Position numbers and translations under genes: made by a program
Notes under the pieces: generated by a model
What the model saw: only the letters and a program-made list of their open reading frames with translations
The model's database searches: none
What the model was told of the DNA's origin: nothing
Shown here: positions 27,401 through 35,590 of the stretch, piece after piece
Layout: the number at the start of each line of letters is the position of its first letter
Position numbering within the stretch: the first letter of the stretch is position 1
Source: Candidatus Micrarchaeum sp.
Lineage (GTDB): Archaea > SpSt-1190 > DYHY01
Direction of reading: 5' to 3'
Assembly: GCA_020723935.1 (NCBI GenBank)
Contig: DYHY01000001.1
Location: 51,265 to 115,015 of the forward strand
DNA length: 63,751 bases

Positions 27401-30400
27401 GCCGAATAGGACGCGTTGATCTCGGTTGGCGGCGTGACGCTGGGCGTTATGTGGTTGATCAGGTATCCGGCAAGGGAGGTGTTCACGTGCACCGGCGAGG
27501 AGTTCGTCCCTATTGGCACGGCGCAGCCCCACGCCCAGCCCAGGGTCGCGTTGGGGTTCTGGACGCAGGAATATGTTATCGGCCCCGCGAACGTGACCGA
27601 GGAGATGTTCCCGGTCACGTTGCTCCCGAGCTCGTCCTTGGCGAAGAGCTGCACTGTGAACAGGTTCGCCGACTGATTCCTCTGCTGGAAGCCGTCGGAG
27701 GGGGCGAGGGCGAACGTGTTCTGCAGGAAGCCGCTGGAGTTCTTCGGGGTGACTGTTGCGTTCAGGTCTATCCCCGGCACCGCCGCGCAGCCCCACAGGT
27801 CCCCGGACGCCTTGCACTCGCCCGTCACGGGTAGCGTGACGGAGCTTATCATGGCAGATGTCAGGCTCCGGTTGTAGGAATCGCGCGGCTCCACTATTAT
27901 CGTGAAGTTGCTCACCGTGGTGTTCAGGACCTGGGGGCTTGAGGGGTTGACGGGCGGGGAGATCCTCCCGGTCAGCAGGTTGACGTAGCCCTGCTTTATG
28001 ACCGTGAGCCTCGCTCCGTTCGTCGCGTTGTAGCTTGAGTTCCCGATCTCGGCGGACGTCGGGATCTTGCATCCGTAGACGTTGTAGTTAGTGCCGTTGG
28101 ACTGGCACGCCACGGGCGGGAAGCCGAACTCGCCGTCGAGGTTGTAGATGACGGAGCCTCCGGAGATGTTTATTACGTCCCCGAACTGGTTCTTCGTGTT
28201 GATGATCATCGCGAACTTCACAGTCTTGTTTATCACCGTCTGCGTGAAGTTGTTGGGGTTTATCGGCCCCGTCTCCCAGGAGAGCATGCCGCGGTTGTTG
28301 AACGTGTTGTTGAGATTGAACCAGGCGAAGAACGGCGCGACGTGCTTTGTGGTGTCAAGGGGCATTATTATCATCCCGTTGAGTGTGCCGTCCTTGTCTC
28401 GCTCCTTCCCCTCCGTCACGTCCGTCTGCCAGCTGTCCGTGCTCGCGAGGGTGATGTTGAAGCCTAGGAGCGGGTTCCCGAACTCGTCGATCACGCGCAG
28501 GATGGTGTTGGGCTGGAGCGCTATCCCCTTGCTCACGAACCCCCCTGTGGGGGTCGCGGCCGAGCAGGACACGAGGGAGGGGAATTCGGGCCCGACGCAG
28601 GCGCGGTACTGGTCGAGGCTCGCGTTGTTCCTGACGTACGCAGGCGAGTAGGCTGTAATGTTCACGATCGTCCCGGGCGGCACGGGGCAGTAGTGGTCGA
28701 GCGTCTTGTTGACGAAGCAGGTTATCGGCGCGCCCACGCCCGACGTGTTGACCACGACGACTGTGGAGTCTGATATCTCCGGGGAGTCCTGGATCGCCTC
28801 GCCCGTCAGGGCGTCGGTCGTGTTGACGAGGAGCGTGTAGATGATGATGTCGCGGCTGCCCGCCCCCCCGGCGGGGGGGTTGTTTGCAACCCTGTCCGGG
28901 ACGAAGACGCGTATCGTCGTGAAGTCGTAGAGGGACGGGTCCGAGGGGATCGTCACGTTCCCGCTGCAGGCGCCCGAGACCGGCGTCCCCGCGTAGGAGA
29001 GGTTGGTTGACGTCTGGATGGGCTGGCCGGCGGCCTGGAAAGTGACGGTGCAGTAGCTGGCCGTGACTCCGGCGAGGTTGTCCGTGACGGTAGCGTTTAT
29101 GAAGAGCTGCTGGCCCTGCCTCGCGTACAGGTTGCTCGCGGGGACCGCCACGGCGACGTTGGGCGCGGCGGTGTCGTAGCTGAAGAGTGTCGCGTTGTTC
29201 CGGGTCGCTGCGAGGTATTCTATCCCGCTCGCAGGATCGATGTAGCTTATCGTCGTGTTCCCGTAGAAGAGGCCGTTAGCGAGCTGCTGGCCCGTGACCT
29301 CGAAGATGATGCTGGCGGTCTGGCCGGAGATGATCTGCGAGACGGAGTCGAGGGTCTGGATCGAGAAGTACGGCGCGGAGTTGCCCTGGGCGTCCGTCAC
29401 GACGAGGTTCTTGGAAGTTATGCTCGCCGGAGCCTCCCCCCAGTTCCTCACCTGGACTGTTATGTTGACCTTGTTGTTGAGCGCCTCGTCGGATATGAAC
29501 GGGGTGCTGTTGGCCACGGAGAGTATGGTGAGGTTGGGCGGCGCCAGGACATAGGTGCCGTTCTGGGCTGTCGTGGAGTCGTACGAGAGGAGGCTGTTGA
29601 GGTCGGTTGCCGTGAAGTTGAAGGTGTGTGTGAGGGTGCCGTTGGCGGCGTTCGCGGGGATCGTCAGGAAGAACGTGTACGTGGCGTCGCTGGAGACCCC
29701 GTTGTCGCTGAGCATCGGCGGGCTCCCCATTCCGTTTATCACGGGGGAGGGGCTCGGGATGATGTTTCCTGCCGCATCGACTATCCTGCTGACGAAGGAG
29801 GCGACCTGCGAGGGGGCGAGGGGGGAGTTGGCGTTGTTGCGCAGGCGGAAGGTCACTGGCACGTTCGGCTGGCCCTTGGAGACGTTCCTCGGATACGGGG
29901 AGAAAAGGCTCGAGTTGAGGACGGGCTTGAACTGGACCGTCACAGGCGCCCCGCGGGCGCTCTGGTTGCCCTGCGCGTCCCTCAGCGCGACGGAGACGTT
30001 TATCGGGGTGGCGCTCCCAAACGACTGCGCCGCGTCGAAGGAGACTGCGACGACTAGGGACGTGCCGCTGGGCGCGCCCAGGAACCCGTCCCTGCGGAAG
30101 CACACGAGGCGCGTGTTGTTCTCTATTCTGTAGGCGCTGAGGTCCCATCCGGCCCCGCTGGGGCAGTCGGGCGCGGGCGAGGTGAGTATCGCGCCCGACG
30201 GGTTGAAGCCGCCGAAATCCACAGTTATGTTCTCTATCGCGGCGTCGGATGTCATCTGGTCCGTCGAGAATCCGAAGCGCACGACCTGGTCTGTGCTCAC
30301 GATGTCGGAGACGCGCAGGCCGCCGGATATGACTGTCGAAGTGAAGTTGGGTGGTCCGGCGAGGGCGGGCGAGGCGAGGAGGGCCAGGGCGAGGAGCGGT

Positions 30401-30441
30401 AGCAGGAGGGCGAGGGCCAGCGCGCGTCTACTTCCTCTCAT
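24490..30441 (-). CDS. Giant secreted surface/adhesin-like glycoprotein (1983 aa), paralog of the downstream gene
   Basis: Signal peptide MRGSRRALALALLLPLLALALLASPALAG. Shares colinear blocks with the 2364-aa protein, for example SRDIIIYTLLVNTTD...CPVPPGTIVNITAYSPAYVRNN. Confidence 0.8.
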   Translation of the reverse strand: MRGSRRALALALLLPLLALALLASPALAGPPNFTSTVISGGLRVSDIVSTDQVVRFGFSTDQMTSDAAIENITVDFGGFNPSGAILTSPAPDCPSGAGWDLSAYRIENNTRLVCFRRDGFLGAPSGTSLVVAVSFDAAQSFGSATPINVSVALRDAQGNQSARGAPVTVQFKPVLNSSLFSPYPRNVSKGQPNVPVTFRLRNNANSPLAPSQVASFVSRIVDAAGNIIPSPSPVINGMGSPPMLSDNGVSSDATYTFFLTIPANAANGTLTHTFNFTATDLNSLLSYDSTTAQNGTYVLAPPNLTILSVANSTPFISDEALNNKVNITVQVRNWGEAPASITSKNLVVTDAQGNSAPYFSIQTLDSVSQIISGQTASIIFEVTGQQLANGLFYGNTTISYIDPASGIEYLAATRNNATLFSYDTAAPNVAVAVPASNLYARQGQQLFINATVTDNLAGVTASYCTVTFQAAGQPIQTSTNLSYAGTPVSGACSGNVTIPSDPSLYDFTTIRVFVPDRVANNPPAGGAGSRDIIIYTLLVNTTDALTGEAIQDSPEISDSTVVVVNTSGVGAPITCFVNKTLDHYCPVPPGTIVNITAYSPAYVRNNASLDQYRACVGPEFPSLVSCSAATPTGGFVSKGIALQPNTILRVIDEFGNPLLGFNITLASTDSWQTDVTEGKERDKDGTLNGMIIMPLDTTKHVAPFFAWFNLNNTFNNRGMLSWETGPINPNNFTQTVINKTVKFAMIINTKNQFGDVINISGGSVIYNLDGEFGFPPVACQSNGTNYNVYGCKIPTSAEIGNSSYNATNGARLTVIKQGYVNLLTGRISPPVNPSSPQVLNTTVSNFTIIVEPRDSYNRSLTSAMISSVTLPVTGECKASGDLWGCAAVPGIDLNATVTPKNSSGFLQNTFALAPSDGFQQRNQSANLFTVQLFAKDELGSNVTGNISSVTFAGPITYSCVQNPNATLGWAWGCAVPIGTNSSPVHVNTSLAGYLINHITPSVTPPTEINASYSAVAVSANKYSVKVLATDEFQEPLNFQGVSVRFASGSTTVACMNSTLYEWHCPISLPVSTTVTASANGYVDTPQPVTAPNSFGPQLVQNSSNQFTVMVSTGDELGNYPNITAGGNVTFNSLQCVFSNSTPSQWGCPAAWSSAGNVSVRGLGFIDWNATGISTPSSAGPQTHVTSLNNYTLKVVLTDELGSDLSGATISPIGLSQPSCIANSNRYYCAVSTDSSTVSVSKTGYVTTSAPASGMSSAGPQVLLQMTNNTGFGLPFTAKISVAREVANNATQMSQGVSFVNFTSGSPVAPSASSSNIFYFAFPTGTQSMIARKSGYVDKLFSFSTAPSTPYIDSADLQFTVKVTLLSDNGSAIVSGASFSPTPFFQNGSTSSYFFPLANGAATVTASRTGFVTNSTPVAANGTYPSGQSQYVLRLPHTVKVSSLDFGGKALNATTVNIKAPNGTLLYSVTLEGNANTAYFEIDPLTYPSLSANVAKASYNTFSLGPSPVSSASPREWESFHAQNIVVNLTDWHLSAVAGAKIELFRNNTLSKFAECVTPASGICTFNSSYGPTTPDDSIFNSNELSEGDTLVVGASKTDFGPVQKADGTYYFQNATPPFDAGNVRIGGNVRVYAFQSWGSLLALANASVYITNATAATVGKVTTNSSGYAIISPDFYAEASAADAKIAPSELPDFSPYSLFVQKAGYAMNSTSLSFNSSAPALLNRSLSDNEPPMIVVATPANATAFTLNSFDLNFSTSDPYGADGSGLNTNRTYYRIENLTGFPVRNWTNVCTGAANCSVLAISGLDLPTGHLFLKVNSSDVVGNQNVTAIDLNSRPGVRKNSVAFLDYHAFSNGFDVWKIMLNVTLKGTSLRMLLSNFKGVFNPGNELNITDASCPGGFCATLAYFNSTSCGPAGAEGNRSFTILNNYTTGVFTEPICDQNLSTQYAREQSVILRVAVPAGTISDNYTATYDFDGGPSPPWP

Positions 30442-30613
30442 TTCCTCCGATCCTCTCCATCTGAATCTTCCCGTTGCTCACTAGGTCAAGGAGCCTCCTC
30501 AGGAGCTCCGACTTGGAAATGCGCCTGGCGGTGGGCTTGTCCTTGTTGTAATTGAACAGAATCTCGTCTACGGAACGCATTTTTTCGTCCGCGTAGTCGA
30601 AACTAGCGCGCAT
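30428..30613 (-). CDS. Small ribbon-helix-helix (CopG/Arc-like) DNA-binding protein, 61 aa
   Basis: ...ARRISKSELLRRLLDLVSNG resembles the RHH helix pair. The 3' end overlaps the giant gene start by 14 nt. A TATA box lies 25 nt upstream. Confidence 0.5.
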   Translation of the reverse strand: MRASFDYADEKMRSVDEILFNYNKDKPTARRISKSELLRRLLDLVSNGKIQMERIGGNERK

Positions 30614-30636
30614 TGTCCATTTTTCGGCCGAATCCC

Positions 30637-30646
30637 CTTTTAAATC
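30637..30646 (-). promoter_or_regulatory. TATA box of the RHH/giant-protein operon
   Basis: Plus-strand cttttaaatc (minus strand gatttaaaag) lies 25 nt from ATG 30613. Confidence 0.55.
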
Positions 30647-30653
30647 TTTCGTA

Positions 30654-30721
30654 CCTCACTCAAATAAGTGGTCATTTCTTTCAGTGAGTAATTGAGGTGT
30701 TGAGCAATTGAGTGAGTGAGG
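30654..30721. promoter_or_regulatory. Operator-like repeat cluster upstream of the RHH promoter
   Basis: Inverted 9-mers cctcactca (30654-30662) and tgagtgagg (30713-30721). An additional gtgagta lies at 30684-30690. Direct aattgag repeats lie at 30690-30696 and 30705-30711. Confidence 0.45.
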
Positions 30722-30725
30722 CACT

Positions 30726-31343
30726 CTACGGGCGCCTTCTTCGCGGCCCAGCCCGCGGCCGGATGCCGAACCCGCGCAGGAAGCGCATCGTCTCGCGCTT
30801 GGGGAGGCCTATTATCGCGGAGCGCGACCCGCGCACGCAGAGCGTGCGCACGCCCCGCGCGTGGACGGTCCCTTTTATGGCGTACGATCCGGCCTTGTCC
30901 AGGGGCTCGCCAGTCGCGACGTAGCGCGCTATCTCGCCGGGGGAGAGGTGCGCGATCCTCACGGAGCACGAGACGCACGCGGTGCGCGACCTGCCGCTCC
31001 CGGTGTCTAGGACCGTGACGCCCGTGTGCGTCCTGTTCGTCCTGCCCGAGAGCATCGCAAGCGTCCTTCGCGCGTCGGCGGCATCCTCGGGCTTCCCCAG
31101 TATCTTCCCGCGGAAGGAGACGACGAGATCCGCCGCGACGATGACCGCCGGGCCGCCCGCCTTCCTCGCCGCGGCCTTCGCCTTGAGGACCGAGAGCCTC
31201 TTCACGAGCTTCCTTGGGTCCCTCTCGCCGATGTCCTCGGAAATTCCGGGCGGGACTACGTCGAAGCCGTGCAAGCCCCAGCTGCGCATGAGCGCGAGGC
31301 GCCTTGGTGAGGAGCTGGCGAGGACGAGCCTGGGCCTATCCAT
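30726..31343 (-). CDS. maf: Maf-like nucleoside triphosphate pyrophosphatase
   Basis: LASSSPRRLALM, DLVVSFRGKILGKP and GSYAIKG...IIGLP are present. Confidence 0.85.
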   Translation of the reverse strand: MDRPRLVLASSSPRRLALMRSWGLHGFDVVPPGISEDIGERDPRKLVKRLSVLKAKAAARKAGGPAVIVAADLVVSFRGKILGKPEDAADARRTLAMLSGRTNRTHTGVTVLDTGSGRSRTACVSCSVRIAHLSPGEIARYVATGEPLDKAGSYAIKGTVHARGVRTLCVRGSRSAIIGLPKRETMRFLRGFGIRPRAGPRRRRP

Positions 31344-32451
31344 AGTTGTGCCTCTCCTTTATCGCGAGGAAGACGAAGAAGTAGAGGAACGCGCACAGGG
31401 CGAGGGCGCGGTAGTACGATGCGAAGTCCTTCGCAAGTATCAGGGGCATGAAGATCATGAGGTGCGCGACCCTTCCGGAGTTGAGCGCCGCCTCGCGCAT
31501 CGCTATCATCATCGGATGGTGCTTCTTCTCGTACTCGTCGGCGTAGAGCGCGTCCCCCGTCCTCATCAGGGCCTGCGAGGCTCCGGAGAAGACGGACATC
31601 CCGACGACGGAGGAGATTGTCCTGGCTATGGAGAGCGAGAAATGCCAGAGCGCCTGGAGGGGGACGGAGAGGAGGAGGAAGAGCCGCCTCATCTTGAGCC
31701 GGTCCGAGAGGGCGCCGACGACGGGGAACATCGCGGCAGTGACAAGGGTCACCGACGCGGAGGCTAGGCCCATCTTGGAGGTGCTGCCGGCGGCGAGGGC
31801 CGAGAGGAAGAGTGTGTAGACGAGCCAGCCGGAGTCCGTGAGGCCGTTTATGAAATAGCTCCCGAGGAAGAGGAGGAGGTTCTTGTCGGCGAACCTCACG
31901 TGCCTGTCAACCTCCCCGCCCTCCTCGTCCGGGGCGAGGGACGCCCTGGAGAAGAAGCACATTGCGAGGAAGAACGACGCGAAGTAGACGAGGGAGGATA
32001 TCATCACGAGCCTCGAGAGGCCCAGGACGGAGGCGAGGAACCCGCCCGCTACGACCCCAACTATCGGCGTCGCGGTCATTATCGCGGATATGTAGCCAAG
32101 GAACGACGCGCGGTTCTCCGAATCCGTCATCTGGTAGCAGAGCCGGTGGTACGCTGGCCAGAAGAAAGCCATGGACAGGCCGTACGTCACGCCTATCATC
32201 ACAGGGTGCGCCGTGCGCGCGAGGAGGTAGAAGGCGGAGTAGAACATGAGGCCGAGGGCGAGGGTGTTTTTCCCCATGAAGAGGAAGGGGACGCTTCCTA
32301 GGACCGCGAAGGTCACGCAAAGGAGGAGGATCACCCCCGACAGAGGTATCCCGCGCGAGAGGTAGAAGAGCGGGAGGAAGATCCTGGACGTTGAGCTTGC
32401 CAGGGAGAAGAGGAACGTGAGGACAAGTATCGCCTTCTTCTGAGAATCCAT
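31336..32451 (-). CDS. MFS-type transporter
   Basis: 371 aa with about 10-12 predicted TM helices and a central loop. Overlaps maf by 8 nt. Confidence 0.65.
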   Translation of the reverse strand: MDSQKKAILVLTFLFSLASSTSRIFLPLFYLSRGIPLSGVILLLCVTFAVLGSVPFLFMGKNTLALGLMFYSAFYLLARTAHPVMIGVTYGLSMAFFWPAYHRLCYQMTDSENRASFLGYISAIMTATPIVGVVAGGFLASVLGLSRLVMISSLVYFASFFLAMCFFSRASLAPDEEGGEVDRHVRFADKNLLLFLGSYFINGLTDSGWLVYTLFLSALAAGSTSKMGLASASVTLVTAAMFPVVGALSDRLKMRRLFLLLSVPLQALWHFSLSIARTISSVVGMSVFSGASQALMRTGDALYADEYEKKHHPMMIAMREAALNSGRVAHLMIFMPLILAKDFASYYRALALCAFLYFFVFLAIKERHNYG

Positions 32452-32512
32452 CCCTTTCCGAGCCCCGTCAGGGTCCCCCCGGGCCGTTTAAAAAGAATTC
32501 CGGCGGGCGGCC

Positions 32513-33442
32513 CTAGCCGAAAACCGCGATCACGTCGCCGTCCCTGAGGGAAAAATCCAGTCCCACGCGCGAGCCCGAATGGGGCGAGTTCCTCCTCCAG
32601 ACGCGGGCGAAGCGGAAGGTCTCCAGGAAATCCTTGTGTATCATCCTCACCGCGTCGCGCACGGTGGAGTCGGGCTCCATCACCATCGGGCGCCTGTCGG
32701 TGTTCTCGCCCTTCCTCGTGTAGACGCGGATCTTCCCAAGGGACGCCCAGACCATTTCCGCGAGGCCCTCCAGGCCCCGCGCCTTGGAAGCCGAGGCTTT
32801 CAGGACCGGGAAGGGGCAGCTCTCCATGTGCAGCGACGATATGAGGTCGCACTTGTTGGCGACGACGAAGATGGTCTTCCCGGCGAGGCCCGCCTTGCGA
32901 AGCTCGTCCATGAGGCCTGAGAACTGCTCGGGAGCCTTCCTCGCGTCGACGACAAGGACTATGCACTCGGCGTTCCTCGCGCACCCGAAGAGCTCGCCCG
33001 CCTTGCCGGAGTCGTAGGTCCCGGGGACGATCGCGGGGAGCTCGACCATCTGGAAGTCCATCTCCGAGAACTTGAGAGCCCCTATCTGGGGCACCTTCGT
33101 CGTGTAGGGCGTCGGGGACACTTCCGGCCGCGCGTTCGTCAGCGCCGCGAGGACCGAAGACTTGCCCGCGCTCGGGTAGCCGACGAGGACGACCTGCGCG
33201 GGGCCCGTCTTCCTTATCGCGTAGAGGCTCGCCTTCCCTCCCCGCTTCTTCGCTGCGACTATCTGGGCGGCCTTGAGCTCCGCGAGCTTCTTCTTGAGCT
33301 GCCCGCGCATCTTCTCGGCGCCCTTGTGCGTCGGCGCGGCGCTTATGAGCTCCTCGAGGGCCGCGATCTTTTCCGCCGGCATCTTCGCCCGCTCGTATCT
33401 GTCCTTGGCGACGAAATAGGCGGCGTCGGCGTTGATCGGCAT
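32513..33442 (-). CDS. DRG/Obg-family GTPase with a C-terminal TGS domain
   Basis: Internal ATG 33442 (MPINADAAYF). Contains GYPSAGKSS (G1), NKCD (G4) and the TGS-like IRVYTRKGENTDRRPMVM...RDGDVIAVF. 309 aa. Confidence 0.85.
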   Translation of the reverse strand: MPINADAAYFVAKDRYERAKMPAEKIAALEELISAAPTHKGAEKMRGQLKKKLAELKAAQIVAAKKRGGKASLYAIRKTGPAQVVLVGYPSAGKSSVLAALTNARPEVSPTPYTTKVPQIGALKFSEMDFQMVELPAIVPGTYDSGKAGELFGCARNAECIVLVVDARKAPEQFSGLMDELRKAGLAGKTIFVVANKCDLISSLHMESCPFPVLKASASKARGLEGLAEMVWASLGKIRVYTRKGENTDRRPMVMEPDSTVRDAVRMIHKDFLETFRFARVWRRNSPHSGSRVGLDFSLRDGDVIAVFG

Positions 33443-33465
33443 TGCACTGGGGAGCGCAGGGCCTG

Positions 33466-33474
33466 TTTTAAAAA
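33466..33474. promoter_or_regulatory. Near-palindromic TATA box (ttttaaaaa) apparently shared by two divergent genes
   Basis: Lies 24 nt from minus-strand ATG 33442 and 23 nt from plus-strand ATG 33497. The intergenic spacer is only 54 bp. Confidence 0.55.
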
Positions 33475-33496
33475 GAAGCGCGGGGGGAGGTTCCTT

Positions 33497-35539
33497 ATGG
33501 AAGGAAGGGGGAAGGGCCCGGGGGTCGCCCGTCTTGTCCGGGGCGCTTCGGTCTTTGCTGTGCTCGTCTTGGCCCTCCTCGCGCATCCGGCCCTCTCGGC
33601 GGACGGGGCGCCGTCCGTCTCCGACGCGTCCTCCCTTGTCCTCGGGATATCCTTCAGCGGGACCGCCTCCGTCTCCGGCGCGCCCTTCGAGACGATGGAG
33701 TTCACAACCAAGGCAGTCCCGGCGACGGACGAGAGACAGCAGGCCTCGTGCAGCGTCGCGACGTCCGGGGGGATCGCGAGATTCTCCTGGGAAGGCGACT
33801 CCCCGGCGCCGGCGTTCTCCTACTCCTGCAACGTCTCCGCCGGCCGCATAGGCGCGCGCTTCGACGGCACAGAGAAGTTCCCGTTCCAGGCCCCGCCCGA
33901 AGTGGCAAAGTTCGTCGGCGGCTCGGAGAAGGTGAGGCTTTCCCCGGAAATAGTGTCCCTTTCCAGGGAGACCGTCGGCAACACGGAAAGCGAGTTCGAG
34001 GCCCTCGAGCGGATAGGCGCCTGGGTGCACAAGAACATCAAGTACGACTCGTCGTATTTCGGGAGGAGCCTCCCGAGCGACCAGGTCCTCCGGGAGCGCG
34101 CGGGCGTCTGCGAGGAGTTCGCGCACCTCTTCATAGCGATGGCGCGCTCCGTCGGCATCCCGACGCGCTACGTCTACGGATACGTCTGGGGCGTCTCCCA
34201 GGACAGGAGCCTGGGCGAGTCCTTCGGCCCGCACGGCTGGGCGGAGGCCTATTTCCTGGGCAGGGGATGGGTGCCGTTCGACCCGACCTTCGGGCAGTTC
34301 GGGTATGTTGATGCCAGCCACGTCAAGTTCTACACGTCAATGGACTCGGCGGAGTCCGAGGGGCAGCGCAAGTTCACGTACACCGGGGAGGTCCCGGACA
34401 TAAAGTGGAGCGTCGCGCATCCGGCCTTCTCCGTGCTCTCGCGCGGCGCCGACCAGATGGACGCGGCGGTGACGTCGGTCTCCGCGACCCCCGACAAGGC
34501 GAACGCCGGGGAATACGTCCTCGTTTCCGCGACGGTGAAGAGCTCGGTCGGGATACCCTCGTCGCCGCAGATGGGCCTCACCTACAAGGCGGGCAACGTC
34601 CCGGAGGACGAGAACATGCAGCTCGTCTACGACGGAAGCGGCGGCCTGATCCTCGCGCCCTCGGGGACGGGCGAGGCGAGGTACGTCCTCCAGGCGCGCG
34701 GGGCGGGGTACATCTTCCCGGTGATGGTAGGGGTCCTTGGCAGGGGCAAGGGCATGGAGACGGAGATAGAAGTCCACGACAAGCCCCCGCGGGCGACCGC
34801 TTCGTTTTCCGGCGGGAAGGTAGCGGTCCGCGGCCCGGCCGGCTCCTACCAAATAGTGGGCCTCTCCGACGGCAGGCGGGCGGGCTTCTCGATAGGCTCC
34901 TCGGGGTATTCCGAGATACCCCTCGCTGGGTTCTACGGGCCGGTGTTCCTCACGACCGGGAACTACCTCGAAATACCCAAGCCCACGGAGACCGTCTCCA
35001 TAGAGGTCCCGCAGTTCGTCTACGAGGGCGAGATAAACGCGACGATATCGTCCTCCGGGGGGACGGCGGTGTCCGGCAGGACGGACGGCCAGACCTTCAC
35101 CGTCCCCGGCGGCTCGAGCAGGACCATAACTATCAAGGCGCCCTCCAGCGGCGTCGTGGAGTTCTTCGTCGGCGGGGCGGGCGGGGCGGAGAGGAAGATC
35201 ACGCGCGCCGTGCAGAGGATACCCAGGCCCGACGCGTCGGTGGACCTCCCGGAGACTGTGGACCCAGGGACTGTGCGGCTCTCCGAGATCGTCAAGGTGG
35301 CCAACGGGCGGCTCGTTTCCGCGAGCTTCGAGTCCGATTCCGGGTCAAGCGAGACGAACGACCTCGTGCTTTCCGCCGGATCCTGCAAGGACATCTCGGT
35401 CGCCTATACGGTGAGCTACGAGGACCTCGGCGGGCGGCCGCAGTACAAGGAGGGCGTCTCCGTTGTCAGGACCTGGTGCAGCGGCGGGTTTTTGGACATC
35501 CTCGCCCGCTTCTTCGAATGGCTGTTTGGGAAAGGCTAA
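33497..35539 (+). CDS. Secreted transglutaminase-like cysteine protease domain protein with C-terminal beta-rich domains
   Basis: Signal peptide, then the core GVCEEFAHLF...GIPTRYVYGY...HGWAEAYFLGRGWVPFDPT (Cys-His-Asp). 680 aa, TAA TAA stop. Confidence 0.8.
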   Translation: MEGRGKGPGVARLVRGASVFAVLVLALLAHPALSADGAPSVSDASSLVLGISFSGTASVSGAPFETMEFTTKAVPATDERQQASCSVATSGGIARFSWEGDSPAPAFSYSCNVSAGRIGARFDGTEKFPFQAPPEVAKFVGGSEKVRLSPEIVSLSRETVGNTESEFEALERIGAWVHKNIKYDSSYFGRSLPSDQVLRERAGVCEEFAHLFIAMARSVGIPTRYVYGYVWGVSQDRSLGESFGPHGWAEAYFLGRGWVPFDPTFGQFGYVDASHVKFYTSMDSAESEGQRKFTYTGEVPDIKWSVAHPAFSVLSRGADQMDAAVTSVSATPDKANAGEYVLVSATVKSSVGIPSSPQMGLTYKAGNVPEDENMQLVYDGSGGLILAPSGTGEARYVLQARGAGYIFPVMVGVLGRGKGMETEIEVHDKPPRATASFSGGKVAVRGPAGSYQIVGLSDGRRAGFSIGSSGYSEIPLAGFYGPVFLTTGNYLEIPKPTETVSIEVPQFVYEGEINATISSSGGTAVSGRTDGQTFTVPGGSSRTITIKAPSSGVVEFFVGGAGGAERKITRAVQRIPRPDASVDLPETVDPGTVRLSEIVKVANGRLVSASFESDSGSSETNDLVLSAGSCKDISVAYTVSYEDLGGRPQYKEGVSVVRTWCSGGFLDILARFFEWLFGKG

Positions 35540-35590
35540 TAACCCAGCCAAGGCAGCCGTGGAGCAAGGGAATGAAGAGCGCAAACGAAA

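Noticed and set aside
17399-30441. Diversity-generating retroelement targeting the giant surface proteins
   Set aside because: No reverse transcriptase gene is visible in the window. I found no template/variable repeat pair with adenine-specific mismatches. It cannot be excluded for elements located elsewhere in the genome.
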